This document shows positions 53,312 to 64,000 of a stretch of DNA of 64,000 nt, piece by piece. The notes under the pieces are model-generated. The model was not told where the DNA came from, searched no databases, and was given only the letters and a program-made list of their open reading frames with translations. Location of the stretch: assembly GCA_002245135.1 (NCBI GenBank), contig NGBS01001168.1, positions 1 to 64,000 on the forward strand. The letters are read 5' to 3'. The stretch is from Proteromonas lacertae. Taxonomy: Eukaryota. Positions within the stretch are counted from its first letter, which is position 1, and every line of letters begins with the position of its first letter. Both the position numbers and the translations under genes were made by a program.

Positions 53312-55063
53312 TTAAATGGGTGCTGTTACTTTTCTTCTCAACAAAGCTAAATGACCTGTAGCGAAACTAATTGATTGTACAAAAATAATAAATATACTCA
53401 TCCCATTTTATATTGTTTGTAGCGGTTGTAATTAATGTCAACTTATTGACTAATAAAGGATAATCCTTTAAACACTTCATAAATGCAGGTGTGACAAAAT
53501 CATTCACTTTATCAGCAAGCTATACATTATAATAACAATATATTAACATAATAAAATAAATATATACACATGATCTGCCTTCTTGTATAATGGACACTAA
53601 AATATTCACAATTAACTTGAAATTCTCTTCACTCACGAAGTTCATATCAATAATATTCCTTGTGACTATTTCTAATAGTCTTAAAAAGGACACTTCAGTA
53701 TCATGATTGCTCTTTGGCCAGTACTTCTGTAGATTCTTCAAGAATACTGTGTTCATCTTTCTATCTCTCCTTAAATAATCGCCAATTACTTGTCCATATA
53801 TTTCATCATATTGCAATATATCTTTCTTTATTAATGGCAACAAGATTTTGTTTAAGAATTCTGATGCTTCAGCTGACAATCTCAAACCAGATGGTTTGTA
53901 TAAACTATATAATAAATAATAATAATATATACTCTGCAGCGAATTCTAATAAATTTCTAATAGAAATTTCATCACTAATTGTAATTATATCATATATATA
54001 ATCCGTGAACATGTGCATAATAATCTTACGAAATTCCTTTTGCAGATTGAATAACTTTCGATGAATGATTAACAAGCAACGGTTTAATTCTTCTTTTAAT
54101 TCATCATTGACTGTTAATAATAGATGAAGTAATGAGTTTATTAGATTAACTGGAAATATCTGACGAATTATTCCATCAAAGGCTGGTGATTTAACTACAA
54201 CAACAATTGTATCAAATAACTTCTATTTTTTTTTATTAAAATATATTTTATATACAATAAATAATGTTTTATAATCTTTTGGTTGTATGTAATCTAATAA
54301 TATCATTACACAGTTAAAGAACAATACTCCGTCATCTTTACTACATTGATTAACTGCAGTCTGAAATGAATTGAAATTCTAATTAACATAATATTAATAA
54401 TTATTATCATACTTTAACCATTATGTCAGTGATTTGTAATGGTTTTAATTCATGGTTAACTATCTTTTCAATACTATTTGATATTGAGTATAAAGATTGA
54501 TTACTTGTCTTTGTCAACATTGATATTATTGACAGTGGTTTTGGTGCAACTGGAATAATAGTAGTACTTTTGTTAATAGCCTCTAACTGAAATGGTGTTG
54601 ATACTGATCTTTTGTGTTTTGAAAAACTCTCTGTTAGACTAACATTTTTACCCGCTGTACCAAGTTCATTATGGGCTGGACTTAAAGTAAATGACTGTTC
54701 TTCGGCTATTGGCTCAAAACTGATTGAAATCTCATCAAGATTTGAATGAAATGTTTCAGGTTTTTGTATTGAAGAGGATCTAACTCTAGGATGAAGTGGA
54801 GGAGAGTTATCGACTTTATTCGATGAACTAATCATCGGTAATCCATTCAACAGACTGCTAGAGGTTGTAGCTTCTTTACTAGATGCAGCTCTCCCTATCC
54901 TACTATTTCTATTAAATGAATAATCTCTATTAATGGGAGGGTAAGATTGTTGTGATGAAAGAGGAGGTGAGGTGTCTGAACCCTTCCCAGGGTAAACAGC
55001 AGGCAATGGAGTAAGTTGACGATGTGTCATGCCTGGGCTCTTTTGAAGAAGTGATTTTCTCAT
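53312..55063 (-). CDS. Divergent PP2A B56-like protein 2
   Basis: S/P-rich N-terminus; FLNKILLPLIK..LQKYWPKSNHDTEVSFLRLLEIV; multi-exon. Confidence 0.75.
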
Positions 55064-55421
55064 AAAATTGTAGTGATTTTTTGAAAAGACACAATTTTTT
55101 AAACCTTTTGTTAAGATACCAAATGCATATATATTCATCACTGTTGAAGTTTACACTTTAAAATAATTAATTTCTAATAATTTCAGAGTGATATTCGAAG
55201 AAAAACAATTTAACATTTTGTTTTAATAATTGTATTGACATTTTATATTGATTTTCTAAATAATATAAACACATACAACATAGTTTTATTTTTATAACTA
55301 TAGCTGTATTGCTAGTTTAATGATCTAAGCTTGGATATTGGTTTGAGTTAAAATATAAAAAAAAACATATTAATTACAAATATCATGAAAACAATTATAA
55401 TAATGAAAACAAAACAACAAC

Positions 55422-56606
55422 TTAATCCACTTATTACAAATCTTTAAACATATCTTTTGACAATTCAATATTTATCTTTACAGCTCCCAAATCTATTCAC
55501 AATAAATAATATAATTAGTATATTATATATACGAACATCTGAATTTGATAATGATACTACAATATAAGTATTTGGAGATAATAAATCAATATATAAGTTA
55601 TAATAACCTCTAACTAAATTCATTGATTCAAATGAATATCTTGATTCACTATTATAGTTAAATATATATTAATAATAAATACTTGCAAAGCATAACCAAA
55701 CCTTTTAAAACATTACTTAATAGATCGTATTTTCAGTGTTTTTAGCTAATTCATTTCTATGTTTAGTATTCTTATTACTGTATTTATTACAGGTAGATGA
55801 AGCTATTAGTAAGAAAGTTGACCTTTCGTAGAGAAAAACCTCGTCTGATTCGCATATTTCGCACAAACTATCTAATTTCTTTTGCAAATCTGGTAAATTG
55901 GGAATTAATGAACAAACTATTGTTCCCCATGCTTTATATATAGTATTATCCCAGATTGAAGTAAAAAAATAGTCAATTTTCTTATTATCCGCAAGCGAAG
56001 GGAAACTTTTTATTACAATATCATTAACCAATTTTGAAGTTGTTTTAAATATTTCTTCTCTTTGATAAGTTGGAATTAAGTCAATTTTTGTAATTATTAC
56101 GAATATTTGACATCCTGATGAATATTCTAGTAATGCTTCGATTGTTTTGTTGAAAAATTCTAAGTCTGTGGCCTGTTCATCTCCACTTAAATGTTTAACA
56201 TCAAAAGTATATATCAAGGTTTTTACATTACTAAATGTATTTTCTCTTTCACTTCCAAAATAATTGTCATAAAATAAACTCTGACTATTTAAAAATATAA
56301 AATGTGAAGAAATTAGTATATTTATACCCACCACAATCCCATATACTAAATAGCATTCCATTAAGAAAACGAATTTGAGAATGTTCAACGTTGACTATAC
56401 ATATATAAGTCAAAAAATAGCAATACAAGTTGCTGCTAGTTTTTTGGTCTCATTGGCTAATAAATAAAAATAATGATTTAAATAAATACGTAAATAATTA
56501 GCAAATATAAGTGATCTCATTGAACTCTTGCCAGATCCTGATCTACCCATCAATAACACCTAATATTATATTAAACAATTAGCAATACCTTATGCGAAGC
56601 ACTCAT
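55422..56606 (-). CDS. RRAGA: RagA/B (Gtr1) GTPase
   Basis: [59 protein letters not shown]. Confidence 0.93.
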
Positions 56607-56813
56607 TGTTATATTCTTTTAATAAATTCAATCAATCAGTAGATATCAAAGAATTTTGATTTTCTAATTAAAAATTTATTCGTTTCATAAAATGATTATT
56701 TAAAAAAAAACAATTCATATAATAACATTATTAAAATTCCATATAGGTCATAACTTTTAAATATATCAACATAGTACTAAAATCAATCAATACTATATAT
56801 AATTTCCATATAC

Positions 56814-57544
56814 TTACATAATAACACAATCTCCCTTCTTCTTTAATGACTCTTTCATTTTCAAACCTTCTCTCAATACAGTATCAAATACAGTTGTTAA
56901 ATTTTCTTGTGTTCTTGCACTACATTCAACATAAGCAGCAGCATGAATTCTTTTAGCCACTTCTTCTCCCATTTCTTTTGTTACAAACTCCTTTCCTTCT
57001 TCCTTAGCCTTCTTTAATGCGTCAGCATCATTTCTTAAATCCATTTTAGTTCCAACCAATAGAAAAGGCAATTGAACTTTAAAACATTTTGGATTTTTCT
57101 TTTCATCAGTCCAGAATGTGTTTATTTCTTTATACCACTTCTTTTCAGCATTTTCTAATGAATCTTTACTATAATAAATATAAAAATATTAATATATACT
57201 TGGTTAAATCAAAACATAACAAAAACATATCTGTATTTGGGTAACTAAGTGGTCTTAATCTATCATAATCTTCCTGACCTAATTAATATAAATCAATGTC
57301 TTAATACCAGCAGTATCCCATAAACCAAAAGTGACTTCTTTACCATCTATTGTTTTATTTGATTGATAATTATCAAATACTATTATTCTAATTATCTTAT
57401 TATATACCAGTTGGAATATATTCATCTGGGAATTTGTTCATACAGTATGAGATTAATAAACAAGTTTTTCCAACAGCTCCATCCCTATAACATATATTAA
57501 TGCATATAAAAATACCCTACAGCAACACATTTAACATTCTGCAT
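56814..57544 (-). CDS. RAC1: Rac-like Rho-family GTPase
   Basis: [52 protein letters not shown] end CVIM; 4 introns. Confidence 0.93.
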
Positions 57545-57727
57545 CTATGGATAAAGATATTGAATGAAAGAAAAATAGTATAACTGAAAGTAATTTACAT
57601 GTAATTTATGTAAAACCATTAAATAGTAAAAAACAGGAAATGTATGTAATGCAAAGAGTAAATTAGTAATATTTATTCTTCTCAATGTAATAATAATATG
57701 GATTATCCCATTAAATTTATCAAATTC

Positions 57728-59101
57728 TTATATCTTTTCATAATTTTCGTCATATCCTCTCTTTTTCTTATTCCTCTTTGATTTCTTAGATGAACCTCCT
57801 CCACTCTTTGATGGCTTTCTACATTTCTTACAACAACATCTAATACAACATACAGTAATCACAATTAACAATATAAATGCAATACAAAGTGCAATAATTG
57901 TCAATATTTCTTTATATCCCCAATACAATCCTTGTGATGCTAATGTATGGAATTCAACTACTCTGTGATCAGTAGCAGTTATTGTTGCACAACCAAAATT
58001 CCAACCAAATATATTATCTGGAGCAAATTCACTTGCATCATTACCTTCGCAATTAATCTCCTTTATAACTTCTTTATTGAAACTATCTTTGTTGATAGAA
58101 AACATTGAGAACTGACAGGTTAATCGGTATTTATCTTTCTCAACTTCATTACATTCAGTCCATGCTTCATAAGTGATATTTCCTTTTGGTTTTTGACCAA
58201 ATCCATCTTTCCAAGTTACTGATTCTAAGGAGAATGGTGCATAAGGAGGTGCTTCTGTTGGTTCTGGTGTAGTTGGTTTTGGTGTATAGGTGGGTGGAAT
58301 TGGAGGTATTGTTGTTGGTTTTTGAGTTGTTGGAGCTAACAGTTGTTGGTTTTGGTGTTGTTGGAGCAACTGTTGTTGGTGTTGAAGTGGTTGGAGCTAA
58401 AGTGGTAGGCTTTTGAGTGGTTGGAATTGGAGTGGTTGGTGGTACTGTTGGTGGTACTGTAGTTGGTTTTTGAGTTGTTGGAGCTAATGTAGTTGGAGCA
58501 ACTGTTGTTGGTGGAACAGTTGTTGGAATTGATGTTGTTGGAATTGATGTTGTTGGAATTGATGTTGTTGGTGCTTGAGTTGTTGGTGCTGGACCTGATG
58601 TTGTTGGAGCTGGAGGAGCAGCTGTAGTTGGAGGAGCAGCTGTAGTTGGAGGAGCAGCTGTAGTTGGAGGAGCAGCTGTAGTTGGAGCTGGAGGAACAGC
58701 AGTGTAGTTGGAGCTGGAGGAGCAGCAGTTGTTGGTGCTGGAGGAACAGCTGTAGTTGGAGCTGGAGGAGCAGCTGTAGTTGGAGCTGGAGGAACAGCAG
58801 TTGTTGGGGAGGCGTGGGAGGGAACAGCAGTTGTTGGAGCTGGAGGAACAGCAGTTGTTGGAGCTGGAGGAACAGCAGTTGTTGGAGGAACAGCAGTTGT
58901 TGGAGGCAGCAGTGTTGGCTGGAGACAGCAGTTGTTGGAACTTGTAAAATTCTTCCTCTTAATCGTGATTCCTCTAGAATAAATTAGTTGTGATAAGAAA
59001 TACTAGAATCATAACAAAATCCAGTGCTAACACAAACAAGGAACAAAATGAACAGGTTAGACTATATAAAAAATTATCAGATAAGATAATACAGCTTTCA
59101 T
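57728..59101 (-). CDS. Mucin-like Pro/Thr/Ala-rich type I membrane protein
   Basis: Signal peptide across two mini-introns, PTTAAPPA-type repeats, Cys-containing domain, TM ILTIIALCIAFILLIVITV, Cys-rich then basic tail. Confidence 0.85.
58300..58940. repeat. Coding minisatellite array (15-, 18- and 24-bp units)
   Basis: gttgttggaattgat x3 (58519-58563); ggaggagcagctgtagtt x4 (58612-58683); degenerate 24-bp units to ~58940. Confidence 0.92.
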
Positions 59102-59424
59102 TTGAGATTGTTTCAAGCCTAATTGAATGAGGTTTGAGTTTTCAAAAAATTTCACATATCAATTTTTACAGATTTTACTAATTTCTACTTCATTTTTAAT
59201 AGAAACAAAAATATTTAATGATATTCATCTCATCTAATAACATATGAACAATTTATAAATGTAATAATAATGTTTTTAACTCATACATATTTTATATTTT
59301 TTTAACATAAAACTCTCATAAATTTTTCATTCTTCTACTAATCTACATAATATAATAAAAATACACAATTTGACTGTATTAAAAAAATATCAGTTAAAAA
59401 ATTATCATTCTCTTGTTTTTATCA

Positions 59425-61076
59425 ATGAGTGTGTGTGTTAGCACTTCATCGAAATCTTTATTTAATTCAGAATAGGCCCAAGAAGATAGATAAGAGGAGT
59501 ATATCAGCTTCCGTTGCAGATAAACCAAATTTGAGATCCAGATCAAATTCTATTAATTTGGAAGAAGAATCATCTAAAGCTAAAGATAAAGTATATTCAT
59601 TTACTCCTAATGCTTTGGGTCACTTCAAAACAGCAATTAATCCTCCTTCTTACACCCCTTCTTCTCAAAAGTTTGGATATAGAACAAGAATAGCGAACAC
59701 TAAAACTGATAATCATTTATTTTTATTCAACGACTCAAACAGCATTCAACTGAGATCTTGTTTATTATTTATAAAATCAACACTTACAGCAGGTGAAGAA
59801 CAAAATGTCCAACCAAACACAATTAGAAGTATAGAAGAAATGTGTAGAATTATGGATGATGTGATTGACAATTATTCTACAACAGTTGAAACTATAATGA
59901 ATTCTGATATGTTAAAACTTCCATTAGAATTAATAGATTATATAATGTCATTTACAAATGCACTGGATTTTAATTCACCTTATACAATGTTGAGAATAGT
60001 ATTATATAAATATCTTATTTTTTAATATGTAATAGAAAGCCTTAGAAATGTTAAAAATCTTATTAATGTCACACACATTTCTCACAATCCATATATCCTT
60101 AGCAACTCCTACATTAGTTAGTAATTTATTGAAGTATTTAAGTCAATCTGATTATGAAGAAGATAGTATGTTACTAGCAGAAATATTTGTCAATTTCTTT
60201 CACAAAAATAAAAATTTAAAGAATATTATTTCAAAGGCAGTTATTTCTTATTTATTATCTACTTTAGATTGTACAAATAACAATAATAATGAAATTACTC
60301 CATCATCCTCACCTTCTTCTTCTTCTTCTATTGATGGTAGTAGTATTGCGATGGAAAGAATTACAGTTTCATCTTCAGCTACAGCTACAACTACAACTAC
60401 TGTAACTACACTTGACCCAGGATTTGTATTCGTATTACAACTATCTGGAAAATTGTTTTTATCAAAATATACTACCATTTCATCATCATTGAATAGAACT
60501 TATACAAAATTTCTATTGTCTATTATTAAAGTATTTATATTATGTAATATATATATAATAGAATGAAGAATATGAAATATTTTCAACAACGTATATAATT
60601 ATAATCAATCGTTTACTTGATGAAAATACTAACAAAGATAAAAACAACTCTTCTAATAATACTTCTAATTTAAAAACTTCTATTTTAAAATCTATTTTGA
60701 AATATTGGCCAGTCAGTAACTCTACAAAAGAACAGTCATTTATTGTATTATTAGCTTCAATATTTCAAGGCAGAAGTGATTTAATCAACTGAAGAAGATA
60801 TAAAAATAGTGATTAGAATTATATTTGTTGTGCTAAAGTGGAGTAAATATCCTGTTGTTCATGACATGTTTGAATGGTGTAAGAGTAAATGATGTTATGG
60901 ATTTGTTTAGGAAGAATAGATCTTTGTTTTCTAAATTAATGGCTAAATTAGAGATGATTAACAAAACACATTGGTCAGTGTATTTATTAATCTATTTATT
61001 ATGCTATAGAGATGTTAGAAAAGAGACGTCTATCTTCCTGTGTGTAATGTGCACTCAATTCAACCAATGTACATAA
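59425..61076 (+). CDS. Divergent PP2A B56-like protein 3
   Basis: ILKSILKYWPVSNSTKEQSFI, KTHWS; shares KLPLE and LDPGF..V..LSGKLF.SKY with the next gene. Confidence 0.7.
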
Positions 61077-61245
61077 CTATATTTATACCTTGATATAATA
61101 GACATTTGCATATAATAATAATATACATATATACATTAATATTTGCTACAATTAATAATCTTGTAAATGTTTTTTTAATAAGTTTTTAAAATAGGTGTGA
61201 CAAAAAACGTTTCGTTTTTTTCATTAAAAATATGGTTTTGTAATT

Positions 61246-62679
61246 ATGAATCCAAGGAATAAGCAGAGAATTATGGTACAAGCAAAGTCTAAGACTAACA
61301 GTCCTTCAAGACTTCCTGCTTTACCTACTGGTAGTAAAAGAAATGCTAATAATAAAACTTTGAATAAATCATCGTCAGATCACTTCTTAGGTGCAGATCT
61401 AGATGCAGCTAGTCAAAGATCTAGTTTAAGACATGCTTCATCAAAAAATATAATTAATGAACCTGTTAAAAAGAGTTCATCCTTTCGTTCGTCATCCAAT
61501 CGTCTTCTTCGTTCTCATTCAAGTTTCCAAAGTGAGTCAGCAAAAGTCAAACTTCAATCATGCCTTAAATACATTCAGTCTTTAATTAAAAGTGGTCAAA
61601 CAGAACTTTCTTCATCGTCTATATCTAGTGCAAATATCGACGAGTTGTGCTCAATTTTGTCAACTATAATTGATGAATACAAAGCTACAATTAACGAAAT
61701 CTATGATACTGAAGCTATAAAATTACCATTAGAAGTTGTATGATTAATTATATATTTAATAATAGTTGATCATATCTTATAAATCTCCATTTTTCAGCTT
61801 AAGATTTGTATATAAATATCATCATTATTTTCTATATATATATATAATAGAAAGGACTTGAATTACTACAAGTGATATTAAGATCAGACACATTTTGTTC
61901 AATTCACATAAAATTAATAACTCCTTCGTTTATATCAAAACTACTCCATTTTATAAGTGAAACAACACTAGATACAGACAGTGTAATAATAGGAGATATT
62001 ATATCAAATTTTTATTCAAGAAATCAAAATATAAGAAAAATCATAAATGACAGTTTTCTAGCATTATTTATCCAATTTTTTAGACTTCGAGCTTAAGCTT
62101 GATCCAGGATTTATGTTAATAATCAAACTAAGTGGAAAACTATTCGTTTCAAAATATGATCATAGTTCTCCTACTCATCAACTGTTTAAGAAATATATGA
62201 TTATGTTTATAAGAGTATAATATTTAATTTATCTTCTTAGCATCCATCTTTTGAGACTTTTTCAGTTGAATATCAAACAATAATAAATGAACTAATAGAT
62301 GAAGATGATTCACTACTATCTGAAATAATAAATACAATATCCAAATATTGGCCATCTTCCAACACATACAAAGAAGAAGTATTTATAGAATTATTATATA
62401 CAATAATGCCAAATCGAACAGTGATGATGAATAAGAAAGATTTGCATAAGTTCATTCAGTTAGTAGAGAGAATAATGAATGAAGGCAAACCGAGAATAAT
62501 TCATTGCGTGTTTGAACTTTGTAAAGATAAAGATATGATTTGCTATTTCCAAGAAAATAATAATGATTTAAAGATATTGTTGGAAAGAATTAGAGATGGT
62601 AAAAAATACAAATTGGAATAGAGATATTAGGAAAGATTGTTGTTCTTTACTTGATATTTTGAAATTAGAAATATTTTGA
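61246..62679 (+). CDS. Divergent PP2A B56-like protein 4
   Basis: ISKYWPSSNTYKEEVFIELL, NWNRDIRK after frameshift correction; tandem paralog of 59425-61076. Confidence 0.7.
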
Positions 62680-62789
62680 TGTATTGTCTTTTAATAATTA
62701 ATTAATATATATATATATATTGTATTTTGTTATTTGTTTATAAAAGAAATAAAAATGTATATCAATCAATGGTTTTAATAATAATTGAT

Positions 62790-64000
62790 TTAGATGAGAA
62801 TTACCATTATCATACAAATCAATAAAGCCATTGATATTTCAATAATACTGCCCTCATCTTCTAATCCTCCTGTTGGTTTAATTGTAACACTTGGAGATTC
62901 TGTTGTATCTTTACTTGGTTCATTTTTCATTGAATTAAGAACATCTTCTAACACTTTATTAAACTGAATATCCAGATTAGATAGTAGCTTTTGTTTTATT
63001 TCTCCAAACTCACTAATAAACGGATATCTTCCTTTATTAATCCAATTATGATAGACGTGTTTGAATGTCATACAATAATCTGTATTAGGTAAAGTATAAA
63101 CATGAAAATCAAAATCATAATAAGAATCAAAATAACCCACATTTATCATCTCAGTAGCATTTTGAATAAATATAATCTCTATTCCTTTAAAAGAAGGATC
63201 ACTTCCATTTATTAACATAATCATTCCTTCATTTATTTTCAATAGATTGTAGATAAGATTTTCTTTTTCCTTCTTTAAATATGTATCATATGATTTATCT
63301 AATGATACTGCTCTTGTATTCTTTGTTATTATTGACATTTCATCCTGCAATTTTGATAATTCTCTTTCTTGTAATGGTATAATTAAAAACACATTCTCAT
63401 TCTTTGTTATATTTATTCTTTTATTATCTATATTAATATCAATATTTGCATCAACTAAATCATTCAAATAAACATCAATTTCTTCTTTATTATTACAACT
63501 GTCAAATTGATCTTTAAATGTTTTCTTTGAATTTGGACAATCTTCATCACCACTACATGGTAATTCTATTTCACTCAATTCACAATCAAAATCATTAATA
63601 TTTAAACTCTGTTTCTTACTAATATCATAAACTAACTTAATCTGATATCTTCTATCTTTGGTATATGAATTTGATTTTTCATATTGATATATGATAGTGA
63701 ATTGATTCGAAGTAATGAAATATCCTCTGTAATGATCATAACGATTATCATTTTTATCATAATAATTGTTACATTCACTGCAGTAATACTCATAATAATA
63801 ACTTTTTCCTTCTTCTTTCCTTAATTTCATTGCTTCTATTCTTTTATTCTCTTCTATTGATTTTACTTCACCATTTGTAATAGAATTTAATTGCTCTTCA
63901 ATTTCTGTCTTTGTTTGTTGTGCCAATGTGGGATAGTCTGCTTTAAATTGTTCAATAACTTCATCTGGCTCTATTCAAATATATGTATATAATTTATATT
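62790..64000 (-). CDS. Putative surface protein, 3' part (5' end beyond window)
   Basis: 378-aa ORF ending in an S/T-rich spacer and a terminal hydrophobic segment (GPI/tail-anchor-like); splice acceptor near 63970. Confidence 0.65.

Noticed and set aside
58612..58940. Regular short repeats resembling a CRISPR array; 101-aa W/S/C-rich + strand ORF
   Set aside because: No unique spacers; units are multiples of 3 encoding P/T/A repeats on the minus strand.
1..64000. tRNA or rRNA genes and telomeric repeats
   Set aside because: None recognised by eye; a covariance-model scan would be needed to exclude them.

Overview
Very AT-rich, gene-dense eukaryotic (protist) DNA with about 30 protein-coding genes interrupted by tiny GT..AG introns (27-35 nt, mostly GTAT...TAG). 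Tiny introns, a stramenopile-type mastigoneme protein and expanded putative-Ig proteins suggest an opalinatan stramenopile (Blastocystis/Proteromonas-like); this is inference. Housekeeping genes: DHX40-like helicase, Arc1/AIMP1, PRCC, two cathepsin B, IBA57, Rab8-like, eIF2D, RagA, Rac. Most notable: (1) a ~2.86-kb near-perfect inverted repeat (1-2864 / 5384-8244) whose arms carry an intronless ORF resembling the N-terminal module of Polinton/Maverick DNA polymerases, around a BTB-Ig-SPRY gene; (2) a second BTB-Ig-SPRY gene bracketed by a perfect 27-bp direct repeat; (3) a mastigoneme-family protein with a ~1,370-aa insert of six ~200-aa repeats, plus the axonemal dynein subunit CASC1/DNAI7; (4) four very divergent PP2A B56-like genes within 12 kb; (5) a recurrent TCGTT motif upstream of start codons. 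Many 1-2 nt indels in conserved genes look like unpolished long-read errors. All family calls come from visual motif recognition, not database searches.
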